Below, in pieces: positions 1 to 9,730 of a stretch of 64,000 bases of DNA (the stretch's first letter is position 1; every line of letters starts with the position of its first letter). Made by a program: the position numbers and the translations under genes. The stretch is from the NCBI GenBank assembly GCA_963676915.2, contig CAXXVK010000010.1:64001-128000 (forward strand), in the 5' to 3' direction. The stretch comes from Myxococcota bacterium (GTDB lineage Bacteria; Myxococcota_A; SURF-8; G963663525). Below the pieces are notes generated by a model, which was given only the letters and a program-made list of their open reading frames with translations, searched no databases and was not told where the DNA came from.

Positions 1-1
1 C

Positions 2-610
2 AACGACGATTCGGACGGCGCTCTACGTGCGGCGATCAACGCGGTTTCCGGAGAGACGGGAGTTACCGCCAGTTTGGATGAAGGTTCATCGGGGGATAAA
101 AAACTCGTGTTAAGCGCCGAGGATGGTCGAAATATCACCGTTGCGACAGGCGGAACCGGATCGTCGATTACTGGCCTTGCGGCAGGAACCACGTACGGGA
201 CAATCAAGCTCGAAAGCAATAAAGCCATCAACGTGACCAGTACCGGTAGTGCTGCCAATGCTGGGCTTTCCACGGGGATTACCGAAGTCAATCGGTCCAA
301 CAATCTTTCCACGATCGATTTGACGACCCATGCTGGGGCGATGGATGCTCTTAACACCATCGAGAAAGCTTCCAGTCAGGTATCTTCCCAGACAGCGCGA
401 TTGGGGGCGACGTTCAAATGGCTGGAATCCTCGGTCAACAACCTGAGTAACCAGGTTCAGAACGTTTCCGATGCTCGCGCCCGGATCGTGGATGTGGATG
501 TTGCATCTGAAACGGCGGATCTTTCGAAATCTCAGATACTTACACAAGTTACTTCGACCATGTTGGCACAGGCCAACGTCAGTCAGGATGGTGTGCTGAA
601 ATTGCTTTAG
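2..610 (+). CDS. fliC: Flagellin, C-terminal part (5' end lies outside the window)
   Basis: Frame is open from nt 2 (AAINAVSGETGVTAS...). It ends in the flagellin C-terminal pattern LESSVNNL...ARARIVDVDVASETADLSKSQIL...MLAQAN...VLKLL. Confidence 0.9.
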   Translation, partial: NDDSDGALRAAINAVSGETGVTASLDEGSSGDKKLVLSAEDGRNITVATGGTGSSITGLAAGTTYGTIKLESNKAINVTSTGSAANAGLSTGITEVNRSNNLSTIDLTTHAGAMDALNTIEKASSQVSSQTARLGATFKWLESSVNNLSNQVQNVSDARARIVDVDVASETADLSKSQILTQVTSTMLAQANVSQDGVLKLL

Positions 611-727
611 AAAACGGATTTCATCACGATAATCGTTCGGGTTGCTGCACTTCCCGGCGATTTTCGTGAAACCATCCGTTCTCGTTCGAAATATGACAAG
701 AATCGTTCGAAGTCGTGGACTCGGCTC

Positions 728-756
728 TTGACACCGTGGGTAGTAACGGTTAGTTT
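728..756 (+). promoter_or_regulatory. Putative sigma70 promoter for ribE
   Basis: TTGACA-N17-TAGTTT about 30 nt upstream of the ribE start. Confidence 0.5.
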
Positions 757-788
757 CTGGCTGCCATGGGGCGGGAAAGGATGAGCCG

Positions 789-1448
789 TTGTTCACGGGT
801 TTGATAGAGGATGTCGGGACCATCGTTCGTATCGAACGACACTCTCACGAGAATATCATCGAGTTCTCCACATCGCTGGATACCGAAACGGTAGCCATTG
901 GGGATTCGATTGCCTGCAACGGTGTCTGTCTTACCGCAACATCGCTATCTTCAGGGAAATTTTCCGCCCTGGCCAGCCACGAAACCCTGGCGCGTTCGAC
1001 GTTTTCCGAGGCGAAAATCGGAGATCGCGTGAACCTCGAACGAGCTTTGCGTATGGGGGATCGTCTGGGTGGCCATCTGGTGGCGGGGCATGTCGATGCT
1101 CGAGCAAAGTTGTCCGGGTTGCGGCGAACCGGGGAAGCCATAGATCTCAGTTACACCCTGGACGACGCCACGTTGATGAAATACATCATCGAAAAGGGCT
1201 CGATCGCGATTGATGGTGTGAGCCTGACGGTCAATCGGCTGCTTCCTCGGGGATTCGGCGTGACTCTGATTCCTCACACTGCCCAGAAAACCATTCTGAC
1301 CGACAAAAAAATCGGCCAAGGGTCCAATATCGAAGTGGATCTGATCGGAAAATATGTGGAAAGTTTGTTGGGGCTGGGAACGTCCGGTCGTGAAACAAGC
1401 TTGGAATTGTTGAATAAATACGGGTTTTCCAAGCCTGGAAAGTATTGA
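789..1448 (+). CDS. ribE: Riboflavin synthase (alpha chain)
   Basis: N-terminal MFTGLIE, GDSIACNGVCLT, VNLERAL, GGHLVAGHVD and KGSIAIDGVSLT motifs; TTG start. Confidence 0.96.
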   Translation: MFTGLIEDVGTIVRIERHSHENIIEFSTSLDTETVAIGDSIACNGVCLTATSLSSGKFSALASHETLARSTFSEAKIGDRVNLERALRMGDRLGGHLVAGHVDARAKLSGLRRTGEAIDLSYTLDDATLMKYIIEKGSIAIDGVSLTVNRLLPRGFGVTLIPHTAQKTILTDKKIGQGSNIEVDLIGKYVESLLGLGTSGRETSLELLNKYGFSKPGKY

Positions 1449-1523
1449 CGCATTTATCGTCCCGACGGTAGGCGCGTTCGGGACGACTTCATCATAAGAG
1501 CCTACTATTCCGCGAGGTGCAGT

Positions 1524-2793
1524 ATGTCGGACCCAACCGTTAGAAATCTTCCCGATGTCGATACCGAAGAAGCGATTCGGACAGTCGAAAAAGCGATTCA
1601 GTACATTCAAGCCGGGAAAATGGTCATCATGGTGGATGACGAAGATCGCGAAAATGAAGGCGATTTCGTTATGGCTGCCGAAAAATGCACCCCGGAAGGT
1701 ATCAATTTTATGGCCATGCATGGTCGGGGATTGATCTGCCTCTCATTGATCGAAGAGCGGGCGCAGCAATTGGGACTGAAGCTGATGGTCCCGCGTGAAA
1801 ACAACGCTTCCCGCTTCACCACGGCGTTTACCACGAGCATCGAAGCCGCCGAAGGTGTGACGACGGGTATTTCCGCCTATGACAGATCGACGACCGGTTC
1901 AGGCGGCGGTCGCCGATGATGCTACACCCGCCGACATCGTTTCTCCGGGCCACGTTTTTCCTTTGATCGCCCGCCCCGGTGGTGTGCTGGTTCGCACGGG
2001 ACAGACGGAAGGCAGCGTGGATCTCTGTCGTCTGGCGGGCATGAAACCTACGGCTGTGATTTGCGAAATCATGAATGAAGACGGTACGATGGCACGTCGT
2101 CCGGCTCTTGAAGTCATTGCCGAAAAATTCGATACGCCAATCGTTTCCGTCGCGCAGATCATTTCTTACCGGATGCGCCGTGAATCGTTGATCCGCCGCG
2201 TAGCGGGTGCGCCCATCCCGACGCCGTACGGCATGTTCGATCTGATCGTATATTCCAATGAAATCGATAACAAAGACCATGTCGCGCTGGTGTTGGGCGA
2301 TGTCGCAGACGGCGAGCCGACGATGGTACGCGTTCATTCCGAATGCCTAACGGGCGACGTTTTCGGTTCCAATCGCTGCGATTGCGGTCCGCAACTCAAT
2401 ACGGCGATGAAAATGGTTCAGGAAGAGGGTAGGGGCGTAATCGTGTACTTGCGGCAGGAAGGTCGCGGCATCGGTCTGGCCAACAAGATCAAGGCGTATC
2501 ACCTTCAGGACGAAGGTGCCGACACGGTTGAGGCCAATATCAAGCTGGGATTCAAACCCGACCTCCGGGATTATGGGATCGGAGCGCAGATTCTGGCCGA
2601 TCTCGGCTTGAAAAAACTGCGATTGATGACGAATAATCCGAAAAAAGTGATCGGCTTGGAAGGCTATGGCCTGCAAGTCGTCGAGAGGGTGCCGGTGGAA
2701 ATCGAGCCTAACGGGTACAATATCAACTATTTGACGACCAAACGCGACAAAATGGGCCATAAACTTCATATTCATGATATCGAGTCAAAATGA
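1524..2793 (+). CDS. ribBA: Bifunctional DHBP synthase / GTP cyclohydrolase II, split by an apparent +1 frameshift near 1894-1897
   Basis: [11 protein letters not shown] and TTGISAYDR lie in one frame; [35 protein letters not shown] and QEGRGIGL lie in the next. Removing one base from accggttcag restores DRSTTVQAAV and a 422-aa protein. Confidence 0.92.
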
Positions 2794-3224
2794 AGGACAT
2801 CTATGTCGGCGAACAACCGCCCCCACCTTATTGGGGGTGGTCCCTGTTGGGATTTCGTGCCGTAACAGTGCTGTTGGGGCTGTGTTTGTTCGTGTTGGGT
2901 TTGTATGAAATTCTCATCGCGGGAGTGGAAACGGCTCCTGTCAGGGATTTCACGACCACGGCCAAGCCGATGGTCTGGTTGCTTAGCGGTGTGGTTTTCC
3001 TTTTTAACGGCTGGCCGTTTCTGAGGCTCGTGCGAGTGCGTCGCATGATTCTCGTTCTGGCGCTGGTGCTTTTGGTGCTCTCGTCGTTTTTCTCGTTCGG
3101 GGCGGTGCAATTCGCTTTGCAGCAGACGTTTTCCTGGATTACCTATGTATGGTTGCTGTTGACACTGCTGCTGTTTGGAAACGTGCTCTATAATGTTACT
3201 TACGAAAACCGTACATCGGATTGA
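2790..3224 (+). CDS. Hypothetical membrane protein (about 4 TM helices)
   Basis: 144-aa hydrophobic ORF with ATGA overlap on the ribBA stop. Confidence 0.7.
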   Translation: MKDIYVGEQPPPPYWGWSLLGFRAVTVLLGLCLFVLGLYEILIAGVETAPVRDFTTTAKPMVWLLSGVVFLFNGWPFLRLVRVRRMILVLALVLLVLSSFFSFGAVQFALQQTFSWITYVWLLLTLLLFGNVLYNVTYENRTSD

Positions 3225-3556
3225 TTCTTTGACACGCATCAGAAGTGTCTATCGATATCGGAAACAATATGAAGACGATTGACCGAAGCGTGAATCTGGT
3301 CATGAAATTTTAAGAAGTTCTTTGAAATCAATAGTTTACGATGTTTGCGCTGGACATTCGTTCGATGTGACGAACACGGAAATTCTTCCGTGTTGTTATC
3401 GATGCTTGTTTTGGGCTGTTTTTCGTGCCGGAAAAGGCTGTTTTTTTTTCGTCGGCACTTCCGGTAAATGTTTTCTAACTTGTTGATAAGACATATACAT
3501 TGTTTTATTTGTAAAAAGTGATGAAAGGGTTTTTTGCCATCGGGTACATAAATTGC

Positions 3557-3585
3557 TTGACAAGTTTTCCCGATGTCTCTATATA
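3557..3585 (+). promoter_or_regulatory. Putative sigma70 promoter of the tRNA-tuf operon
   Basis: TTGACA-N17-TATATA in an AT-rich intergenic region upstream of tRNA-Thr. Confidence 0.65.
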
Positions 3586-3718
3586 GCTACGAACTTTGCT
3601 ATGTGATGGTTCGGCAAACGGTCGGATCATATATAGCAACACTCGCTCTTTGACTCGAAAAAGATATGCTTTTGGTTAACTTACTGGAATTGCTTGGTTT
3701 TATGGGAACAAATATTCT

Positions 3719-3794
3719 GCTGGTGTAGCTCAATTGGCAGAGCAGCTGATTTGTAATCAGCAGGTTAAGGGTTCGAGTCCCCTCACCAGCTCCA
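3719..3794 (+). tRNA. tRNA-Thr(TGT)
   Basis: Full cloverleaf: acceptor GCTGGTG/CACCAGC, anticodon loop TTTGTAA, TTCGAGT T-loop, encoded CCA. Confidence 0.97.
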
Positions 3795-3814
3795 GTTTGC
3801 ACAATCCGAAATGT

Positions 3815-3900
3815 GGAGGGATTCCCGAGTGGTCAAAGGGGACGGGCTGTAAACCCGTTGCGGTAACGCTTCGAAGGTTCAAATCCTTCTCCCTCCACCA
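3815..3900 (+). tRNA. tRNA-Tyr(GTA)
   Basis: Acceptor GGAGGGA/TCCCTCC, anticodon loop CTGTAAA, long variable arm, CCA end. Confidence 0.97.
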
Positions 3901-3909
3901 TTTTTTTGT

Positions 3910-3985
3910 GCGGGAATAGCTCAATTGGTAGAGCATCAGCCTTCCAAGCTGAGGGTCGCGGGTTCGAGCCCCGTTTCCCGCTCCA
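3910..3985 (+). tRNA. tRNA-Gly(TCC)
   Basis: Acceptor GCGGGAA/TTCCCGC, anticodon loop CTTCCAA, CCA end. Confidence 0.97.
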
Positions 3986-4062
<77 letters not shown>

Positions 4063-4171
4063 TTGCTATTGATTTTTTTCGAGTTCAACGATGACTTGGG
4101 GGCGGCAGACGCCGCTTGAACATTAGCAAGTCCGTTTCTTTTAGGGTTTTGTTAGGTAATGGGAGGAACCC

Positions 4172-5363
4172 ATGGCGAAGGCGAAATTCGAGCGTAACAA
4201 GCCCCACGTGAACGTGGGTACGATCGGTCACATTGACCACGGCAAAACGACGCTGACGGCGGCGATCACGAAGGTATTGGCTGCGAAAGGGCAGGCGAAC
4301 TTCACGGCGTTCGACGAGATCGACAAGGCACCTGAAGAAAAGGAACGCGGAATCACGATCGCGACGGCACATATCGAGTACGAAACCGATAACCGCCACT
4401 ACGCGCACGTGGACTGCCCCGGCCACGCGGACTACATCAAAAACATGATTACGGGCGCGGCGCAGATGGACGGCGCGATTCTGGTGGTAGCGGCCAACGA
4501 CGGTTCCGATGCCTCAGACGCGTGAGCACGTGCTGCTGGCCCGCCAGGTCGGCGTACCGGCGATCGTGGTGTACCTGAACAAGGTGGACCTGGTAGACGA
4601 TCCCGAGCTGCTGGAGCTGGTCGATATGGAACTTCGCGAGCTTCTCAGCTCGTACGACTTCCCGGGCGACGATATTCCCATCGTGCAGGGCAGCGCGCTG
4701 GCGGCGTTGAACGGCGAGGCGACGGATGTGGGCGAAGGTTCTGTCGTGAAACTGATGGAAGAAGTCGATTCGTACATTCCGGAACCGGAACGTACGTTGG
4801 ATAAACCGTTCCTGATGCCGGTCGAAGACGTGTTCTCGATCTCTGGTCGTGGCACGGTGGCGACGGGTCGTGTAGAGCGCGGGATCATCAAGGTTGGCGA
4901 CGAGATCGAAATCGTCGGTATCCGCGACACGCGCAAGACGGTCGTAACGGGTGTTGAAATGTTCCGTAAGCTGTTGGATCAAGGTCAGGCCGGCGACAAC
5001 GTGGGCTGCCTGCTCCGTGGCATCAAGAAGACGGAAGTGGAACGCGGCCAGGTATTGGCGATTCCGGGCAGCATCACGCCTCACAAGCACTTCAAAGGCA
5101 AAGTGTACGTCCTGAGCAAGGACGAAGGTGGCCGCCATACTCCGTTCTTCACGGGCTATCGTCCCCAGTTCTACTTCCGTACGACGGACGTGACGGGCGT
5201 CGCGGAGCTTCCCGAAGGCGTCGAGATGGTGATGCCTGGTGACAACGTGAACGTTGAAGTGAAGCTGATCACCCCGATCGCGATGGAGCAGGGACTTCGT
5301 TTCGCCATCCGCGAAGGTGGCCGTACGGTCGGCGCCGGCGTGGTGTCGGAAGTCGTCGAATAA
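4172..5363 (+). CDS. tuf: Elongation factor Tu, copy 1, with an apparent +1 frameshift at 4504-4505
   Basis: Nearly identical to 21415-22605 but reads gacggttccgatg instead of gacggtccgatg (1192 vs 1191 nt). [13 protein letters not shown] and NKVD motifs present. Confidence 0.95.
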
Positions 5364-5419
5364 TTTTTCCGAAGCCCTGAAAAAAACGGGGCAACATCGG
5401 ATGGTATTGAAATAATGAG

Positions 5420-5456
5420 CGACGGCAAGGTTGTTAACTGGCCTTGCCGTCGTTTT
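5420..5456 (+). terminator. Hairpin / possible terminator between tuf and rpmG
   Basis: CGACGGCAAGG...CCTTGCCGTCG stem followed by TTTT. Confidence 0.45.
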
Positions 5457-5481
5457 CGCCTTGAAATTTCCGGAGGTTACG

Positions 5482-5637
5482 ATGGCTGGTGGTAGAAGCA
5501 AAGTGATTCTCGAGAGCACCGCGAGCAAATACCGGTATCACACGACGAAAAACAAAAAGAAAACGCCGCAAAAGCTGCAATTCAAAAAGTACGATCCGAA
5601 CACGCGCAAGCATGAGCTGTTCGTAGAGAAAAAGTAG
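5482..5637 (+). CDS. rpmG: 50S ribosomal protein L33 (cysteine-free type)
   Basis: GGAGG RBS then ATG at 5482; YHTTKNKKKTPQKLQFKKYDP...KHELF motif; canonical position between tuf and tRNA-Trp. Confidence 0.93.
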   Translation: MAGGRSKVILESTASKYRYHTTKNKKKTPQKLQFKKYDPNTRKHELFVEKK

Positions 5638-5680
5638 CGTTTCGGCGTTGGCCGTCTTTTCGAAGCCGCCGACACGGTAT

Positions 5681-5757
5681 AGGGGTGTAGCTCAATTAGG
5701 CAGAGCGACGGACTCCAAATCCGTAGGCTGGGGGTTCGATTCCCTCCACCCCTGCCA
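5681..5757 (+). tRNA. tRNA-Trp(CCA)
   Basis: Acceptor AGGGGTG/CACCCCT, anticodon loop CTCCAAA, CCA end; upstream of secE. Confidence 0.97.
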
Positions 5758-5775
5758 GTTTTCAAGGAGCAGACC

Positions 5776-6150
5776 ATGAGCAACCAGAAAATCATTCTCG
5801 CCAGCTTTTTCAGCGCGGCCCTGCTTGCCGGCTATCTCATCATGCAGATCGTCGACAGCGTTATGGCCATGTTCGAGCTAGGCAATCCACTGGCCGGAAC
5901 CGGCTTGGAAATTCCCTGGTTGGTCGGACTGGTTACCGGGGGTATTACCTTTTACGTGTTTTATCGTCGGGAAGATCTCAACAGCTGGGCGAACATTGTC
6001 GTCAAGGAAGTAAAGAAGATCACCTGGCCCACGTACAAAGAAGCCAAAGCAGCGACGCTCGTCGTGATCGTTCTGACGGGTATCGTTGCGTTGATCCTGG
6101 GACTTTTCGACTGGGTGTTTGCGTCGTTGACGGGAATCATCTACTCGTAG
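5776..6150 (+). CDS. secE: Preprotein translocase subunit SecE (3-TM type)
   Basis: EVKKITWPTYKE motif followed by a TM helix; sits between tRNA-Trp and nusG. Confidence 0.93.
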   Translation: MSNQKIILASFFSAALLAGYLIMQIVDSVMAMFELGNPLAGTGLEIPWLVGLVTGGITFYVFYRREDLNSWANIVVKEVKKITWPTYKEAKAATLVVIVLTGIVALILGLFDWVFASLTGIIYS

Positions 6151-6178
6151 TTCATTACCGTAAGATCGGGGACTTATT

Positions 6179-6877
6179 ATGACGGGCGACAAGCTGGATC
6201 AGGAAAAGAAATCGTTGGACGAAGTGAATGAGGCCGAAGAGCCTTCTTCTTCCGTTCCTGCGAATCCTCTTCCCGAAGGCGATCTTGAAACGGATGCAGC
6301 CTCGCTCGAGGAGCAACCTGTCGCTCAGCAGCCGCAAGAAGAGGAAGTTCCAAAGAAGTGGTATGTGGTCCACACATACTCCGGTTTCGAAAACAAAGCC
6401 CGTTTGTCTCTGCTCGAAAACATCAAGCGCATGGGGCTGGATAAATATTTCGGTGAAATCCTGGTTCCTACCGAGCAGGTCGTCGAGTCGGTCAACAAGA
6501 AAAAACGTACGTCGAGTCGCAAGTTTTTCCCCAGCTACATGCTGGTGGAAATGAACTTGAACAAGTTTTCCTGGCACTGCGTGAAGGATACGCCGAAAAT
6601 TACCGGATTCGTTGGAAATTCCACCCAGCCTCCGGCAGTTCCCGAGCGCGAAATCATGGCGATCAAGAGTCAGGTCACCGAAGGTTACCAGAAGCCGAAA
6701 CCGAAAATTTCGTTTTCGGAAGGCGAAACGGTACGTGTGGTGGATGGTCCTTTTGCCAATTTCTCCGGTGTTGTGGAAGAGGTCAAACCCGACAAAGGGC
6801 GTGTCATCGTTTCCGTTTCCGTATTTCAGAGAGCCACTCCAATCGAGCTGGAATTCACCCAGGTCGAAAAAGAATAG
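6179..6877 (+). CDS. nusG: Transcription factor NusG with an acidic N-terminal extension
   Basis: [22 protein letters not shown] and KOW motif [16 protein letters not shown]. Confidence 0.96.
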   Translation: MTGDKLDQEKKSLDEVNEAEEPSSSVPANPLPEGDLETDAASLEEQPVAQQPQEEEVPKKWYVVHTYSGFENKARLSLLENIKRMGLDKYFGEILVPTEQVVESVNKKKRTSSRKFFPSYMLVEMNLNKFSWHCVKDTPKITGFVGNSTQPPAVPEREIMAIKSQVTEGYQKPKPKISFSEGETVRVVDGPFANFSGVVEEVKPDKGRVIVSVSVFQRATPIELEFTQVEKE

Positions 6878-6927
6878 CGATACATCGATAAGTCCATGCA
6901 ACCGATCGGGCATGGTTGGAGGTTACA

Positions 6928-7353
6928 ATGGGTAAGAAAATTGTCGGACAGGTGAAGTTACAAATCCAGGCGGGCAAGGCTACTCCTTCTCCCCCGATCG
7001 GACCCGCGCTCGGGCAGCACGGCGTCAACATCATGGATTTCTGCAAGCAGTACAACGCCAGAACGCAGAAGCAGGCGGGGATGGTGATTCCCGTGCTGAT
7101 CACCGTGTATTCGGATCGGTCGTTCAGCTTCATCACCAAAACGCCCCCGGCGTCCGTTTTGATCTTGAAGGCTATCAACAAGCCCAAAGGTTCCGGCGAA
7201 CCCAACAAGCGCAAAGTTGGAAAGATCACTCGCGAGCAATTGCTTGAAATCGCGGAGATCAAAAAGACGGACCTTAACGCCAATGATGACGATGCCGCAA
7301 TCAATATTATTGCCGGTACCGCTCGTTCGATGGGCGTCACGGTGGTCAAATAA
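6928..7353 (+). CDS. rplK: 50S ribosomal protein L11
   Basis: [24 protein letters not shown] and GTARSMG motifs; GGAGG RBS before ATG 6928. Confidence 0.98.
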   Translation: MGKKIVGQVKLQIQAGKATPSPPIGPALGQHGVNIMDFCKQYNARTQKQAGMVIPVLITVYSDRSFSFITKTPPASVLILKAINKPKGSGEPNKRKVGKITREQLLEIAEIKKTDLNANDDDAAINIIAGTARSMGVTVVK

Positions 7354-7391
7354 ACCGTTTTAAACGGCTAGGTAGTTAAAATCATTCATGA

Positions 7392-7423
7392 TTGCGGGAG
7401 GCTAGCCGCCGCTTGTACCGCAA
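7392..7423 (+). promoter_or_regulatory. Putative L1-binding autoregulatory RNA site before rplA
   Basis: TTGCGGGAG...ACCGCAA stem with a GGGAG internal loop, overlapping the rplA RBS; resembles known L1 mRNA targets. Confidence 0.5.
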
Positions 7424-7434
7424 GGAGAACGACC

Positions 7435-8142
7435 ATGGCAAAACACGGAAAACGTTACCGAAATCTGAAAGAAACCGTCGATTCCGCGACCAAATACGCT
7501 CTTGCCGAAGCGTTGACAAAAGTCAAAGCGATGAAGACGGCCAAGTTCGAGGAATCTCTGGATGTGGCGATTCGTTTGAATGTCAATCCGAAATATGCCG
7601 ACCAGATGATCCGAAGCGCGGTTGTGCTTCCGCACGGAACCGGAAAAACGGTTCGAGTTCTCGTGTTTGCCAAGGGTGAAAAAGAAACCGAAGCGAAAGA
7701 AGCCGGTGCCGATTTCGTCGGTGGTGAAGATATGGTCGAGAAGATCAAAGGCGGATGGCTGGACTTCGATAAAGTCATCGCAACCCCCGACATGATGGCC
7801 CAGGTTGGTAAAATCGGTAAAATTCTCGGTCCGCGTGGTTTGATGCCTAACCCCAAGGTGGGATCGGTCACGTTCGATATCAGCAAGACGGTAGGCGAAA
7901 TGAAGGCAGGACGCGTGGAATTCCGCGTAGACAAAGCCGGTATCATTCACTCGTCGATCGGTCGCGCTGGATTCAGCGAGGATCAAATCAAAGAAAACCT
8001 TCTGGAACTCGTTGGCACGCTCGTAAAACTGCGTCCTGCCTCGGTAAAAGGTACCTATATCCTCGGGATCGCGTTGTCCCCGACGATGGGACCGTCCGTG
8101 CGGGTCGATGTTCCCAGCGTGACGGAAGAGTTGCAGCAGTAA
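7435..8142 (+). CDS. rplA: 50S ribosomal protein L1
   Basis: [21 protein letters not shown] and PTMGP motifs. Confidence 0.98.
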   Translation: MAKHGKRYRNLKETVDSATKYALAEALTKVKAMKTAKFEESLDVAIRLNVNPKYADQMIRSAVVLPHGTGKTVRVLVFAKGEKETEAKEAGADFVGGEDMVEKIKGGWLDFDKVIATPDMMAQVGKIGKILGPRGLMPNPKVGSVTFDISKTVGEMKAGRVEFRVDKAGIIHSSIGRAGFSEDQIKENLLELVGTLVKLRPASVKGTYILGIALSPTMGPSVRVDVPSVTEELQQ

Positions 8143-8180
8143 ATAGTAACGGTCGATCGGAGTGTTTGGCTCCGTTTGCT

Positions 8181-8262
8181 TTTGTCAAAGACCACGGGCG
8201 AATCGATTCGATTCTTAATGTGTCCTGTGTAGACGAGGGTAGGTCTTAGGCTCCCTCTCCTT
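8181..8262 (+). promoter_or_regulatory. L10 leader (rplJL autoregulatory RNA)
   Basis: GTCAAAGACCACGGG...TTAAT...CCTGTGTAGACG pattern typical of the L10 leader, in the rplA-rplJ spacer. Confidence 0.75.
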
Positions 8263-8318
8263 TGGCCGGGTTGTCGTAACGGGCAATCCGTAAAATTTCC
8301 AGGAAAGGGGGAAATGCG

Positions 8319-8879
8319 ATGCGTACAAAGCAGCAAAAAGCAGAACAGCTCGAAGCATTAAACGAACTGTTCGAAAAAGCGACGACAGTTATTTTAACTC
8401 GTTACACGGGTATTTCGGCCGCCAAATTGACGGAGTTGCGCCGGAAATTCACGGAAGCGGGCGCCAAGTATCAGGTCGTCAAAAATACGTTGGCCAGGCG
8501 AGCCGTGCAGGGCGGAAAAATGGAATTTCTGTCCGAGTATTTCAAAGGCCCGGTCGCTTTGGCCGTGGGTTTCGACGATCCGTCGGCACCTGCAAAAGTA
8601 TTGACGAAGGCTGTAAAGGATGCCGATTACAAAAAGCTTGAAGCCGTCGTCGGTGCCTTGGAAGGAACGAAGATCGAACCGGAAGGGCTGGAAAGCCTCT
8701 CGAAGATGCCGGGAAAACTCGAACTTCGTGCGCAATTGCTGGGTACGATGAACGCCGTCCCGTCGAAGTTCGTCCGAACTTTGAACGAAGTGCCGGAAGG
8801 ATTCGCTCGTTTGCTCGGAAACGTCAACGGCGGATTCGTTCGCGTGTTGGCGGCCCGAAAGGCCCAACTCGAAGAGTAA
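8319..8879 (+). CDS. rplJ: 50S ribosomal protein L10 (long C-terminal helix)
   Basis: LTELRR, VVKNTLARRA and FKGPVALA motifs; 186 aa. Confidence 0.97.
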   Translation: MRTKQQKAEQLEALNELFEKATTVILTRYTGISAAKLTELRRKFTEAGAKYQVVKNTLARRAVQGGKMEFLSEYFKGPVALAVGFDDPSAPAKVLTKAVKDADYKKLEAVVGALEGTKIEPEGLESLSKMPGKLELRAQLLGTMNAVPSKFVRTLNEVPEGFARLLGNVNGGFVRVLAARKAQLEE

Positions 8880-8952
8880 GATCAGCGCTAGAAATCATTA
8901 AGAAAACACCGCTATGGCGGTAAACGAAAAAACGATACGAAAGGAACCTAAA

Positions 8953-9348
8953 ATGGGTTTGAGCAAAGACGAAATCAAGGAAGCCCTGAGCCAGATGACC
9001 GTTCTCGAAATGTCCCAACTGATCAAAGAGTTGGAAGATGAGTGGGGCGTTTCCGCCGCGGCTCCGGCCGGTGGAATGATGATGGCCGCTCCGGCCGCCG
9101 GTGGCGATGCCGGTGAAGCCGCTGCCGAAGAAGAAAAGACGGAATTCGACGTGATTCTGGTTGACTTCGGTGCCGAAAAGATCAAGGTTATCAAGGAAGT
9201 CCGCGCCCTCACGAGCCTGGGCCTCAAAGAAGCCAAAGAGTTGGTCGAAGGCGTTCCGCAGCCCGTCCGCGAAGGCGTGCAGAAGGAAGAAGCCGAGGAA
9301 GCCAAGAAGAAATTGGAAGCCGTCGGCGCCAAAGTCGAAGTCAAATAA
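8953..9348 (+). CDS. rplL: 50S ribosomal protein L7/L12
   Basis: [19 protein letters not shown] and [11 protein letters not shown] motifs; start placed at ATG 8953 after AAGGA. Confidence 0.98.
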   Translation: MGLSKDEIKEALSQMTVLEMSQLIKELEDEWGVSAAAPAGGMMMAAPAAGGDAGEAAAEEEKTEFDVILVDFGAEKIKVIKEVRALTSLGLKEAKELVEGVPQPVREGVQKEEAEEAKKKLEAVGAKVEVK

Positions 9349-9384
9349 GCGGTCTTTTTTCCGCTTCGACTGTATATCGAAGAA

Positions 9385-9413
9385 CCGGGCGGGGTTTCTC
9401 CCGCCCGGGCTTT
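9385..9413 (+). terminator. Hairpin after rplL (terminator/attenuator)
   Basis: CCGGGCGGG-gtttct-CCCGCCCGG stem followed by a short T run. Confidence 0.55.
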
Positions 9414-9730
9414 CGTGCTTGAATATTGAAAAAATTGTGCTTTTTTAGTGATTTATGTTAATTGAGTTCATGGAATAGCGCGAGTCCAGGTCGTCTACTT
9501 TGAGGGTTCCGGTCGGAAGTGTAGGAAGTAAGGTTTCACAAAAACGTCGAGGGGTTTGCATGGAACCTTGGGAAAGAAACCTTGAAGTTTTGAAAACGAT
9601 GTGGACCGCAAGTGTCGAGCGTGGGAACCAACGGAAAGAAAAGCGTATTATTGTAAACGGATCGGGAACAATCTACGGGGGGTGCCAAGTAGCATCGATC
9701 GCGATTGAAACCCGGCGATGAGGAGGCGGA

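Noticed and set aside
611-788. FMN riboswitch upstream of ribE
   Set aside because: No RFN consensus blocks, and the predicted leader is only about 30 nt.
4172-4525. Truncated EF-Tu as a real product or programmed frameshift
   Set aside because: Single-base difference from the intact twin, no slippery site, and neighbouring similar indels point to sequencing error.
9420-9730. Possible ncRNA or small ORF in the rplL-rpoB spacer
   Set aside because: No recognisable motif, strong structure or credible RBS-linked ORF.
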